The notes beneath the pieces are model-generated. The model was not told where the DNA came from. It saw only the letters and a list, made by a program, of their open reading frames with translations, and ran no database searches. Positions 1-9,914 of a stretch of DNA of 44,775 bases are shown in pieces (the first letter of the stretch is position 1; each line of letters starts with the position of its first letter). Origin of the DNA: a virus (taxonomy: Duplodnaviria > Heunggongvirae > Uroviricota > Caudoviricetes); the IMG/VR virus record IMGVR_UViG_3300034279_001376, positions 1 to 44,775 of that record, one strand, 5' to 3'. The translations under genes were made by a program, and so were the position numbers.

Positions 1-869
1 GAATTAAATCCATTCAAAGAAGCAGCACCACCTCCGCCACCTCCACCTCTAAGAGCATCACCACCTCTGCCAGCAGTTGTGGCAGAAGAACTTCCACCAC
101 CAGCACCAGCACCAGCGTAGTAAGCACCTGTGCTTGGAGAAACTCCACCATCTGCACCTGCTCCTGCTGTTGCACTAGCCCCACCTGCTTGCTGACCTGC
201 ATTAGCAGACCCACCTGCTCCTGATGCACTAAAAGCATTTGTGGATGTGATACCACTCCCTGCACCACCTCCACCGCCAGCACCAGTTCCAGCAGTTGCA
301 CCAGAAGAACCAATTGCACCTGTTGTGCTTGCTGCTCCACCAGCAGACCCTATAAACTGACCCAAAGGACTAGCAGTTCCAGCAGTTCCATTTGTAGCAG
401 TTCCACCATTACCTCCAAACCCACCATTTGCATTTATAAATAAGTTTAAAGAATTTGGTGTTGTTCCAACTGATGAAGCACCACCATTTCCGCCAGCAGT
501 ACCATTTGTAGAAGGTGTTGCTTGCGCTGCTCCACCAGTACCACCTGTTCCAACATTAACGTATAAGAACCCGGGGTTTCCTAAATTAGAAAGGGTGAAT
601 GTTCCAGTAGAAAGGTTTCCACCTGCACCACCTCCACCGCCACAACGAACAGTAGAAGTTAAACCTTGTCTTCCAGAACCTCCACCTCCTCCTGCACCTA
701 CTACATAAATAGTGACTTCTTTTGCCCAAGAAGGGACTGTTACTGAAAAATTAGCAACAGGAGAAGTAAATTGTTGTTCTTCATAAGTTGTCTCAGGTAC
801 TCCCGGAGCAACTGATTGCCCTAATAAATTTGTAGTTATTAAACTAAGTATTAAAATTAAGTATTTCAT
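1..869 (-). CDS. Glycine-rich protein with N-terminal signal-peptide-like segment, probably tail-associated; 3' end runs off the window
   Basis: Not in the ORF track because no stop lies in the window. Manual translation from the ATG at 869 gives MKYLILILSLITTNLLGQSVAPGVPETTYEEQQFTSPVANFSVTVPSWAKEVTIYVVGAGGGGGSGRQG...GGGGAGG..., open to base 1. The 'FTVPxxxxxhxhxhhGAGGGG' pattern is typical of Gly-rich domains in phage tail proteins. The start is 6 nt after the upstream TAA. Confidence 0.85.
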   Translation of the reverse strand, partial: MKYLILILSLITTNLLGQSVAPGVPETTYEEQQFTSPVANFSVTVPSWAKEVTIYVVGAGGGGGSGRQGLTSTVRCGGGGGAGGNLSTGTFTLSNLGNPGFLYVNVGTGGTGGAAQATPSTNGTAGGNGGASSVGTTPNSLNLFINANGGFGGNGGTATNGTAGTASPLGQFIGSAGGAASTTGAIGSSGATAGTGAGGGGGAGSGITSTNAFSASGAGGSANAGQQAGGASATAGAGADGGVSPSTGAYYAGAGAGGGSSSATTAGRGGDALRGGGGGGGAASLNGFN

Positions 870-875
870 ATTATG

Positions 876-3800
876 TTATTTTATTGACCAAAGGTTATCT
901 TCTAAAGCAATTAACTCTAAAATTGCAACAGTATTGGCAGAGATTGGAAATGAAGTGTATGATCCAGTAGCAGCATGCTGAATAAAAGTATCGGCACCTG
1001 CTCTGTTAATTATTACAGCATTTGGAGACTTGACTACTAAAGTAAGTATAAAACCCGGTGTAACTTGATTAAAACTCGGCGCACTTGCAACAATCTCTGG
1101 GAGATTTATTGTTGTAAGGTCTATACCTGTTGTAAGTTTAATTAAACTTTCTAATCCAGTAACTTGATATGTTGTAATGCCCGTTACGGTTGTTATGTCT
1201 TTATAGATAGCGTCTTTTACCAAAGTGTTTGTAGTTTCAACTAGATTACCTCTTAAAATCAATGGTACAGTATTCCCCGCTGATTCTTGAAAGTATAAAA
1301 ATCCACTATTATCTTGTAACATATACCAAGTGATTCCCGTGATTGGAGTAGTATTAGTAACCCAAACTCCAGAGTTTAATCCAGTGCCTTCTATTTTGAG
1401 CGATCCTATTGATTTAGTTGTTCCGTAAATCGTAAGTTCATCAGATGCTGCTGCTCCACCTATACCAACAGTAGTATCTGCTTGAATTTGACTTGTAGCA
1501 ACTATGGTATTAGTTGCGTCATATCTTAAAGTCTGAGTGCTTGTACCAGTTGGTAATGAACCGCCACCCCCGCCACCAGAAGGTGTTGCTGGTGTCCAAC
1601 CTATACCTGCTCCTGCATAAGTTAAAACTTGTCCAACTGTTGCAGACTGCGCAGCAAGGTCTAATGCTCCAACACTACCGTTTATAATCTCAGAACTACC
1701 TACTGCTGAGTTAGCAATTTGAGCAGAGCCAACAGCGTCATTTGCTATCTTATCCTGTGTAATAGCATCATCTGCAATATTAATAGTTTCAACAACAGCA
1801 GTATCTAATTGCAAATTATCATAAGTGCCAAACACATCACCTCCGTAAGCAGAGCCAATAACTAATACGTGGGCTGGATCTATTGAGGTTTCGTTTGCAA
1901 CACCCGTTGAGTTTGCGAATAAAAGCCTGTTACCTGCTGATACCCATGAATCAGACTTAACATCACCAATGACATCTAATGCTGCCGTAGGGTCAATTAC
2001 TCCAATACCAAACCATCCATTTTGCCCATTCATCGTGAATTTATTTTGTAGGGTTCCAGACGAGTTGTTGACCCAAAACCGCAAAGAGGTGTAGTTGACT
2101 CCAGAATTGAATCTAAAGTCTGTCTCAATCCTTGCTCCATCGAATGTACCTGCCTTGAATTTAAGAGCGGGTAATCCCGGAGAGGCAATGGTACCAAAAC
2201 CATCGAACTCTATTATAGCATTTGGGTTGGATGAAGATTTTATATGAATAGGGGCTAAGGGGGCCAATATACCATGACCTACATTCCCTATAAAATTCCA
2301 ACCTGTGGACGTATTTAAAAGCTCTCTCGTTTTGGCCTGATTAGATAAAGAGAAAGCACCGCCAACGGTTCCGTATAAAACACCATTATTCCCAGTGGTT
2401 CCGTCTGAGGTTATAATAATATTTTCACCCATATTATTAGCTGTAATGCCAGATTGCGTGGTCAGGCGCACATTTGTTTTAAGGCTGCCAGAAGTATTTT
2501 CCAATTGATTGTTAGCAATAATTCGATTACTTGCATCATAACTAAGAGTTTGGCCTGAGACCCCAGTTGGTAAAAAGTTCTCGCTTGTCCCAGAGCCTAC
2601 TATTCGCCATAGAGTATTAGAAAACCTTTTTGCCGTAACTGTTGCATTTGAAGGCAAAAAAAAATTATTCGATCCTGACGCGAAGACTTCTGAACCACTC
2701 AGTGCTATTACAATCGGAACAGTGTTGCTATTTGTAATACGATAAGTCGTTCCGATTGGCATTTCAATAGGAATATCGTAAATGCTAATAGATGTTGTAA
2801 CTTCAAATAAATTTTCGTCATTCCCTGTTTGCAATACAGGGAAATTTACACTACCGCGCAAAAAGGTTTTTTTAGGGACATCTGTACTGTTGTGCGAATA
2901 AGTACTTGCTTTTATTATTGTAGAAGAACTGGCACTACCAGAATAGATGCCAATGGGCGTGTTAAATACTACATTTGATACTAAAAAAGTGTCTCTTGCA
3001 CCAAAGTCATTTATTGCCTGATTAGCGTTGAAAAATCTTGTATTTGAAATCCCGTAACGATTATCTTTTCCCTTTAGTAACAACGCCGCATTGTCGGAAG
3101 TACCATTAGTCCTAAAAACGCAATTGTCAATAAGGAAAGAACAGGTGTCATTCTCTATTGTAAATGCTGATTTATTTGTAGCATTAACTGTTATGTTACA
3201 ATCAGAAAATGAGATGTTCTTTATATTTACGGAATCGGCAATATACAAACCGTTTGTTGTTGTCTCTGCTACGTAATTAGATATGTTTATATTATCCAGA
3301 TACCCGTCATTTATGATTATACCTGCGGAAGGACGGCTATTTTTAAACAAAACATTAGAAATGTTTACATTCTTTATCGTGTCTATACCCATTTCGATTA
3401 TAGCCGCTGCGCCGACACCAGCAGTAATATTAGATATATTCATCCCATTTACTACGCCTCCTGTTAATGTTTCAGTAAGAGGGTCACCAACTACCCCATA
3501 CTGAGCAACTTTTATTGTAGGGTTATTAGTTCTGCTACTAGATACATTCGTTATATTGACATTGCTAATGGTATAAGGCACTCCCCCGTTGTTACCAGCA
3601 CCTATTACAATTGTATTTGAAGTAGTGTTATCGTCTGGATAAATATTGCTTATGGAAACATTATTAATATTCCCCATCGTACCAATAATATTTGTTGTCC
3701 ATGCCGTAGCGAAAATCCCAACAAAATCGTCGTGTGTTCTCCCTGTAACTCCATCAATTACAATGTCTTCGCTTTTGCCGATAAAATCAATACCGTCAGA

Positions 3801-6800
3801 GTAACTATCCAAGTAAATGTTATGAATATACGGTTTTACTTGTTCATTGAGACTCATAGCGTATTTTGAACAATTTAAAACAGACAAGTTCTCTACCCGC
3901 AAGTTCTTGCAGTTTGTAAAACAAAAGCCATAATCGACAAGTGCTCCACTATAAGAAGATGGATTAAATGTACCAAAAGTGTAAGTTTCTCCCGGAGGTG
4001 ATTGTTTATCCCATATTCCACCCAATATTACAATATTTGAGTCTGGGGCTCGACTGTTATTCTCTCCGTCATTCCACAACATCAAGGCAGCCCAATCGTT
4101 ATTCTTTTCAATTGTTGTGGATCTACCTAGTTGTATTTTTGTATTACTTTTTAATTCAAGCGGTTTAGAAAAGATAAACTTTGCAGTGTTGTCAAAGCAA
4201 TATATATTGTTAAACACATCTATCCCTTTTTGCAATCTTTCGTCGTCTGCAATTGCGTCGTTTTTGATGCAACCCAATTGGAAGAAATTAACGCCCCCAT
4301 CGGTATTTGGTAGCAACCTTGCCCTCCGTGAGCCAACAGCAAATATAACGATATTATCAACTGTTCCACTTGCTTCTATAATGTAATTTGCTCCGCCATT
4401 ATCTCCAGAAGTATAGAATCCGTCTGTTGAAACGACTCGACCTGTTTCCCATTTACTGTAAATTGCTGAATTAGAAAAACTTGAAACAGTGCTAACTTTA
4501 TATAAAGAATCTGTTGGCAAGGAAGTTGGAATCCAAGTGGCACCATTCCATTTCATAACCTGATCTGATGCTGCTCCCATACTAGATAGATCACCAGCAC
4601 CAATAAGATTAGCAGTAAGTGCTTGACCAGAAAGACTAAGATAACTTGCTCCTGTTTTTGTTACTGGTGAGTGACTACTTAATTCAATAGCATCTAAATC
4701 TACTGCTTGTGTAACAGTAATAAAATCTGATTTTGCTTTATCTGCACTTATCATCAAACCTGCTAAGAGATTAGTAGCGGCAGGAATTGTAGCGTCTGTG
4801 CCTGTGTTGGATAAAACATCTAAAGTGGTTGTAGTTCTATTGGCAACTGAAAGGTCAGTAATACCAGAACTAGGTGTTGTTGGAACCCAGTTAGTTCCGT
4901 TAAAAGCCAGAACCTGATTAGTAGTGGCTCCTGATGCTGCTAAATCTGTGTTAGTTATAGAACCTGATAAAATCGTGGCGGTTAAGTTTTGTCCCGTGAG
5001 AGTAAAATCAATTATAGTTCCGTCTGTGACAGTCAAAGGTGCATGGTTGTTAGCACCTAACTGCTGGAGAGCAGCATTGATATTATCTATGGTAAAATAA
5101 CCTCCTGTATCTGTAATGAGAATACTTGAAGAATTTAATCCTGATTCTATAACATCAATAGTAACAGGGGAAGCACCTAGAATTGCTCCTGTACCATTTA
5201 CTACATCTATTCGATCTGTCCCTAATAAATTATTAGTAGTAACAGAACCTACATTATCGTTTTGAGGAATCCATGCAGTTCCATTCCATTTAAGAACTTG
5301 ACCAGTAGTTGCTGATTGTTGTTGTAACTCAGCCGTAATATCATTACCAGTCTTCGTTAGATTAATGGTGGTTCCATCTGTTACAGTAGTAGATTCTGGT
5401 GCAGAGTTATTTACCACGTAAGGACTTGCTATTGTACCAGCACCTGTTACTGAGATATTGGTTCCAGAATTTACTTTCGTTTCAGAGCCGTCAACAGTTG
5501 GTAAAGTAAAGTTAGGATAAGTACCTGTTGCACCTGTAATAGTCACAGTTTGGTCAGGGGCATTATTAGTTACTGTGTAGTCTTGTCCTACTTTAACCAC
5601 TCCAATTCCTGTTCCTGCTAGTACTCTTTGATTATTAAGGGTGTCAAGTTTACTCCACAAAGCAGCAGTTAATACACCTGCTCTGCTTGCATTTGCTGCT
5701 AGAATTACAGGGCCACTTGCTGCACCAGCATTAAAATCTAAACCAACATTTACTGTACTTGGGGTTGCAGTTAAACTTGTTACAGTGGTGTAATTAACCC
5801 ATGCAGATCCATTCCATCTAAATGATTGATTATTTGTTGCTCCGTTCTGGTTTATATCAGCATAAAGAATAGTTCCGTTTGCTATATTAGTTGAGTTGAT
5901 CTGGTTAGCAGTTAGAACTTGACCTGCTAGAGTTATGTAAGTTTCCCCTGTGATTGTGACTGGAACGTGACTATTTGTAGCCAGCGTGTTTAAGTTAACT
6001 GGGCTTGTTACTGTGATATTGTCTAGTTTAGTTTTATCATCTGCTACCAACAATCCCGCTAGTAAATTAGTGGCAAAAGGAAGTGTAGCATCAGCACCAG
6101 TGTTTGAAAGTACATCAAGTGTAGTGGTAGTCCTGTTACTTACAGATAAATCAGTCACTCCAGAACTGGGAGTACTGGGAGACCAATTTGAACCATCCCA
6201 ACTTAATACTTGTCCACTTGTGGCTCCCTGTTGTTTAATCTCGGCTGTTATTTGTCCTCCTGTCTGGGTAAGATCAATAGTAGTTCCGTCTAAAATAGTG
6301 GTATTTTCTGGAAGAGTATTTACTATTTGAATGGATGAACTAGTCCCAACCAATCCTACACCTGCTCCTCCTGATATAGTCACATCTGTGCCATCACTAC
6401 TATTTAGAGTGAGTGGAGAAGCAGTGCCTGTTACACTAAGATTGGCAGGTTGATTAGTCACTAAACCACTGTATAAAGAGTTGGGAGAATTATCTCCTGT
6501 GTTAGTTCCGCTTAAATTAGAACCTGCTATTGTCCCAGAAGCATTTACAGAAGTAGGAGTAATAGCCCCTAAGCCTATGACTAATTCAGGAGTAGTCCCC
6601 GGATTGTTAATTGTTGTAGTTATCCCATTGGAAGGAGTTGCAGAAACATTTGTAACTGTGCCTTGAGGAATATTAAAAGACCCACCACCATTACTTAAAG
6701 TAATAGTAGGTGCACTGTAAGAAATTGTTTGCAATTCATTAGTATTGGAAAGATCTCCTGTGTTTGTTACTTGGTAATTTTGTCCAGTCCTTAACACACT

Positions 6801-8219
6801 AATTCCTGTTCCAGCACTTATTGACTGATTATTAAGAGTATCAAGTTTTGCCTTATCTCCTCCAGTGAGTAAACCTGCAAGTAAATTGGTAGCAAATGGC
6901 AAAGTAGCATCTGTTCCCGTAGAAGATACTACATCTAAGTTATTTGCTGTTCTGTTTGCTATTGAAAGGTCAGTAAGTCCTCCTGCACTTGGAGTAGTTG
7001 GAACCCATCTACTTAGAGTACTGTTCCAAGCGTAAACTTGTCCATCAGTAGGTGCTGTACTTACTAAATCTCTTCCGTAAAAACCTGTGACAACAGGAGC
7101 ATTTGCTGGTAAATCTAAGTCACCAGCAAGTCTAATAACCCCTTTGTATATGTCATCAGCAGGTGCTAAGTATAAAGTATCGTTACTAATCAATCCACCA
7201 TTAGGACCAGAAGGGGCAATTGTAGGGCCTAATTTAGTCACACCCGGTTGAGAAGCAGCACCTAAAACTTGTAAAGCAGCGTTCACATTGTCATTGGGAA
7301 AATAATTACCTATGTCTATAATAGGAATCAATCCAGAGTTAAGGTTGGCTTCGTTTACATCTAATACTACATTAGACGCACCCAAAACTGCACCTACTCC
7401 ATTAGTTACAGTAACTTTGGAAGTTCCTGTTAAATTAGCAGTCACTACTGAGCCTACATTGTCATTGGCTGGGGTCCACTTAGTACCATCCCATTTAAGG
7501 GTTTGTCCAGTAGTAGCGGATTGTTGAGCCAATTTTAAAGGGGTTGCTAATGTTCCGTTTCCTGCAAATTCCGTGCTTGTGTTGAGTGTGTAACCATCAT
7601 TGATCCAAGATACCCCATTAGACCTATATAACTGTCCTACTGAGTTTTTCCACAATTGGCCTGTGTATAAAGTAGGATCAGTTGCAGGAGCCACATTAGT
7701 AATACCTACGTAATCTACAATTTCATTTACAGGGTTATAAGTAGTAAGTAACGCTTTTTGGTAGTGGTTAAGCATACAAGTGTACAAATCAGAAGAAATC
7801 CCTGATATAGTACCACTGTTACCATCACCAGTTTGAGGAAGAAAAGGTAAACCGGATTCCTCGGATACTATTGCTACTCTTTGATTTATAGATGGTCCAG
7901 AAATTCCTAATGCCCAATCTACTCCGGGTGCATTTACAGTAATAACCATGCTGGAAGCGGAAGTTACTCCTACAAAAGTAATAGGTAGTCTTGTGCAGTT
8001 AACCCACAAAACATCACCAGTAGTTACATCTGATGCAAAATATTGTCCATTAGGCTCAAACCTAGGATTGCCTACAAATGAACTTATAGTCAAATCAAAA
8101 CTAGGCCCAGTCCCTGTTATGTTAGTTACTGTGCCATACCCTGCAAAACTTGAATAAACTGTTTGTGCTTTTAAAGAAAGTCCCAAAAACACAAACAAGA
8201 CTATAATTAAATTTTTCAT
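876..8219 (-). CDS. 2447-aa tail fibre/tailspike-like adhesin with internal repeats and a central pectate-lyase-like beta-helix (putative depolymerase)
   Basis: Thr/Gly/Asn-rich, with about 8 copies of a 'GQVLxW(N/D)GxxWxP' fibre motif. A tailspike-type segment 'STDGFYTSGDNGGANY...GVNFFQLGC...DDERLQKGID' is followed by Asn/Ile-rich beta-helix rungs (~4510 to ~2890). 'AITQDKIANDAVGSAQIANSAVGSSEI' repeats lie near the C-terminus. The N-terminus looks like a signal peptide. Confidence 0.75.
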   Translation of the reverse strand: MKNLIIVLFVFLGLSLKAQTVYSSFAGYGTVTNITGTGPSFDLTISSFVGNPRFEPNGQYFASDVTTGDVLWVNCTRLPITFVGVTSASSMVITVNAPGVDWALGISGPSINQRVAIVSEESGLPFLPQTGDGNSGTISGISSDLYTCMLNHYQKALLTTYNPVNEIVDYVGITNVAPATDPTLYTGQLWKNSVGQLYRSNGVSWINDGYTLNTSTEFAGNGTLATPLKLAQQSATTGQTLKWDGTKWTPANDNVGSVVTANLTGTSKVTVTNGVGAVLGASNVVLDVNEANLNSGLIPIIDIGNYFPNDNVNAALQVLGAASQPGVTKLGPTIAPSGPNGGLISNDTLYLAPADDIYKGVIRLAGDLDLPANAPVVTGFYGRDLVSTAPTDGQVYAWNSTLSRWVPTTPSAGGLTDLSIANRTANNLDVVSSTGTDATLPFATNLLAGLLTGGDKAKLDTLNNQSISAGTGISVLRTGQNYQVTNTGDLSNTNELQTISYSAPTITLSNGGGSFNIPQGTVTNVSATPSNGITTTINNPGTTPELVIGLGAITPTSVNASGTIAGSNLSGTNTGDNSPNSLYSGLVTNQPANLSVTGTASPLTLNSSDGTDVTISGGAGVGLVGTSSSIQIVNTLPENTTILDGTTIDLTQTGGQITAEIKQQGATSGQVLSWDGSNWSPSTPSSGVTDLSVSNRTTTTLDVLSNTGADATLPFATNLLAGLLVADDKTKLDNITVTSPVNLNTLATNSHVPVTITGETYITLAGQVLTANQINSTNIANGTILYADINQNGATNNQSFRWNGSAWVNYTTVTSLTATPSTVNVGLDFNAGAASGPVILAANASRAGVLTAALWSKLDTLNNQRVLAGTGIGVVKVGQDYTVTNNAPDQTVTITGATGTYPNFTLPTVDGSETKVNSGTNISVTGAGTIASPYVVNNSAPESTTVTDGTTINLTKTGNDITAELQQQSATTGQVLKWNGTAWIPQNDNVGSVTTNNLLGTDRIDVVNGTGAILGASPVTIDVIESGLNSSSILITDTGGYFTIDNINAALQQLGANNHAPLTVTDGTIIDFTLTGQNLTATILSGSITNTDLAASGATTNQVLAFNGTNWVPTTPSSGITDLSVANRTTTTLDVLSNTGTDATIPAATNLLAGLMISADKAKSDFITVTQAVDLDAIELSSHSPVTKTGASYLSLSGQALTANLIGAGDLSSMGAASDQVMKWNGATWIPTSLPTDSLYKVSTVSSFSNSAIYSKWETGRVVSTDGFYTSGDNGGANYIIEASGTVDNIVIFAVGSRRARLLPNTDGGVNFFQLGCIKNDAIADDERLQKGIDVFNNIYCFDNTAKFIFSKPLELKSNTKIQLGRSTTIEKNNDWAALMLWNDGENNSRAPDSNIVILGGIWDKQSPPGETYTFGTFNPSSYSGALVDYGFCFTNCKNLRVENLSVLNCSKYAMSLNEQVKPYIHNIYLDSYSDGIDFIGKSEDIVIDGVTGRTHDDFVGIFATAWTTNIIGTMGNINNVSISNIYPDDNTTSNTIVIGAGNNGGVPYTISNVNITNVSSSRTNNPTIKVAQYGVVGDPLTETLTGGVVNGMNISNITAGVGAAAIIEMGIDTIKNVNISNVLFKNSRPSAGIIINDGYLDNINISNYVAETTTNGLYIADSVNIKNISFSDCNITVNATNKSAFTIENDTCSFLIDNCVFRTNGTSDNAALLLKGKDNRYGISNTRFFNANQAINDFGARDTFLVSNVVFNTPIGIYSGSASSSTIIKASTYSHNSTDVPKKTFLRGSVNFPVLQTGNDENLFEVTTSISIYDIPIEMPIGTTYRITNSNTVPIVIALSGSEVFASGSNNFFLPSNATVTAKRFSNTLWRIVGSGTSENFLPTGVSGQTLSYDASNRIIANNQLENTSGSLKTNVRLTTQSGITANNMGENIIITSDGTTGNNGVLYGTVGGAFSLSNQAKTRELLNTSTGWNFIGNVGHGILAPLAPIHIKSSSNPNAIIEFDGFGTIASPGLPALKFKAGTFDGARIETDFRFNSGVNYTSLRFWVNNSSGTLQNKFTMNGQNGWFGIGVIDPTAALDVIGDVKSDSWVSAGNRLLFANSTGVANETSIDPAHVLVIGSAYGGDVFGTYDNLQLDTAVVETINIADDAITQDKIANDAVGSAQIANSAVGSSEIINGSVGALDLAAQSATVGQVLTYAGAGIGWTPATPSGGGGGGSLPTGTSTQTLRYDATNTIVATSQIQADTTVGIGGAAASDELTIYGTTKSIGSLKIEGTGLNSGVWVTNTTPITGITWYMLQDNSGFLYFQESAGNTVPLILRGNLVETTNTLVKDAIYKDITTVTGITTYQVTGLESLIKLTTGIDLTTINLPEIVASAPSFNQVTPGFILTLVVKSPNAVIINRAGADTFIQHAATGSYTSFPISANTVAILELIALEDNLWSIK
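4727..7055 (-). repeat. Three-copy ~70-aa internal repeat B (~6840-7055, ~6020-6228, ~4727-4931)
   Basis: Consensus W(V/S)P(T/S)TPS(S/A)G..TDLS(V/I)(A/S)NRT...LDV(L/V)S(N/S)TG(T/A)DAT(L/I)P(F/A)ATNLLAGL...DK.K.D occurs three times in the translation. Confidence 0.9.
5052..7526 (-). repeat. Two-copy ~90-aa internal repeat A (~7258-7526 and ~5052-5320)
   Basis: QQSATTGQTLKWDGTKWTPANDNVGSV...GAVLGAS...GNYFPNDNVNAALQVLGA versus QQSATTGQVLKWNGTAWIPQNDNVGSV...GAILGAS...GGYFTIDNINAALQQLGA. Confidence 0.9.
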
Positions 8220-9905
8220 TTAAAAAGTAAGTTTTAAAATGCTGTCACCTGATCCTAAACCAGCAGCCGTATTATAATTGTTGATTAAAAACTGTATGTC
8301 TCCGTTTGCAGGAGGTACAGATATACTAGGTTGAAGATTGGGTGTACCTGTGGTCAAAGCATAAGAACCTGTACCGCCTGATAAAGCCACCCCACTAAAA
8401 ATTGGAATTAAGACTGTTGAAATGTCCTGATTGTATACAGTAGAAGCAGTGTTAATATTTAAAGTCACATTGCTTCCGGGATTAGCCGCAGCAGGTGAGT
8501 ATATATCAGCAGCCAATAATTCAGTACCAGCAGGAACATTAATAGTCCATACTGAGGCTGTGTTTCTAGTAAAAGTGGGTGCTGTGGCTCCTGTGTAAGT
8601 GAAAGTACATTTACCAGTACCAGAAATCGGAATTACTGATACTCTTGTAACACTACCTGCATTGGTTTGATATTCTATTGTACCGTCTGATTGAAGAGTA
8701 GGTACTTGTCCTGTAATTGCTGTACCAAGGGCAACATTTGGTGTTCTTAGCCTTAACTTAGAATTGACAGTAGAAGGATTTGCATCTATTACAAAACCTA
8801 CTTCTTGACCAGTGTTAACTTGATAAGTCAAACCCATAGGTAATGTGTGTGCCAGAGAAAGTTGGGCAAACTTATTTGAGTCTAACTTACTGGTGGATTT
8901 TAAATAAGCACTAGTACCACCATCTGCATTTACTACTATTTCTGATCTTACTGGACTACCAGCAGTGTCACTTTCAAACTGTACTATACCAGCATCAACT
9001 ATTACGAAGTCATTCCCGGAAGCATTAATACCAGTGGGAGCATTTAAAGTTCCTCCCAGTTTAAAAGGAGTCAAAACAGATCCATTCCCACTTATCCCAT
9101 TTTCTGCATTTCCAGCAGCCGCAGGTGTAGCATTTAAAGTGTTTCCTGACATAGAAAGGTTAGTACCCAGATTAATAGGAGTAACATTTCCGCTTGAACC
9201 TCTTCCTAATAATTGGTTCAGATTGAGCACTAAGTCAATAGGCACCCCAGCAGTTGCTAAGTTTCTAACTTTGACTGTGTTTGCTGGCATATTTTCCATC
9301 TTGGCATTACTAATGGAAGCCGTGTCTATGGTCCATGTAGTTCCACTTGCACTCACTACTATGTCTCCTTTATCCCCATCTGTTAAACCTGACCCTCCAG
9401 AAACTCCTGAGATGTTATAAGTGACTACATTTCCTGACCTACTTCCTGTAACACCAGCACCAGTCAGGTTAATAGTTGTTACATCAGTTCCACCTAAGTT
9501 AGCACCTTGGGATTGAAATTGAATCTTGTCTTGTTTGAGGGGAACATTCACCCTTATAAAGTCAAGGTCAGTAGCAGCAGTTACCGTGAGATAACCTGTC
9601 TTGATGAAACTAGCAGGAGATTCTAAACCTGCTTCTGTTCCACTTGCGAGTTGAAGAGTAAACCCAGATCCATTTGAATTACTAATCACATTGGTAGTTC
9701 CAGTTCTGGTTACTCCCAAGTTAGTGAGAACTGCACCACCCCCACCCACGGGTATAAGTGTCATGCAGTCCCCACTAGGATTTGTTGCCAAGTTTTTCTC
9801 TATTACAAAGTCAAAGAGTGCTTCTTCTAAGTAAAGACCGGGTTTTCTTTTTGATGTTGCAACCTGATGTGAACTTGGTGCAAACACTACTTTATACTTG
9901 TTCAT
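8220..9905 (-). CDS. 561-aa tail fibre-like protein
   Basis: Gly/Thr/Ser-rich. Contains 'LTDGDKGDIVVSASGTTWTIDTASISNAKM', a segment type common in phage fibres. Its stop directly abuts the next ATG (TAAATG). Its N-terminal ~50 aa resemble the upstream small ORF. Confidence 0.65.
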   Translation of the reverse strand: MNKYKVVFAPSSHQVATSKRKPGLYLEEALFDFVIEKNLATNPSGDCMTLIPVGGGGAVLTNLGVTRTGTTNVISNSNGSGFTLQLASGTEAGLESPASFIKTGYLTVTAATDLDFIRVNVPLKQDKIQFQSQGANLGGTDVTTINLTGAGVTGSRSGNVVTYNISGVSGGSGLTDGDKGDIVVSASGTTWTIDTASISNAKMENMPANTVKVRNLATAGVPIDLVLNLNQLLGRGSSGNVTPINLGTNLSMSGNTLNATPAAAGNAENGISGNGSVLTPFKLGGTLNAPTGINASGNDFVIVDAGIVQFESDTAGSPVRSEIVVNADGGTSAYLKSTSKLDSNKFAQLSLAHTLPMGLTYQVNTGQEVGFVIDANPSTVNSKLRLRTPNVALGTAITGQVPTLQSDGTIEYQTNAGSVTRVSVIPISGTGKCTFTYTGATAPTFTRNTASVWTINVPAGTELLAADIYSPAAANPGSNVTLNINTASTVYNQDISTVLIPIFSGVALSGGTGSYALTTGTPNLQPSISVPPANGDIQFLINNYNTAAGLGSGDSILKLTF

Positions 9906-9914
9906 AGTTTATTC

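Noticed and set aside
14-340. 108-aa Q/V/L-rich ORF in the track
   Set aside because: Alternative-frame shadow of the Gly/Ala-rich gene 869->1. The GGT/GCA/GGA codon runs read as V/Q/E in the shifted frame.
1-720. Collagen-like repeat
   Set aside because: The Gly-rich stretch lacks strict Gly-X-Y periodicity; it consists of poly-Gly and GxxG runs.
2656-2664. A9 homopolymer in the tail fibre gene (also 8-nt runs near 12800 and 35552) as phase-variation sites
   Set aside because: Runs this long are expected in AT-rich DNA, the frames are intact, and a single sequence gives no evidence of slippage.
4727-7526. DGR template/variable repeat pair or invertible cassette in the fibre gene
   Set aside because: The repeats diverge at all base types, are in direct orientation and in frame, and no reverse transcriptase or recombinase gene lies in the window.
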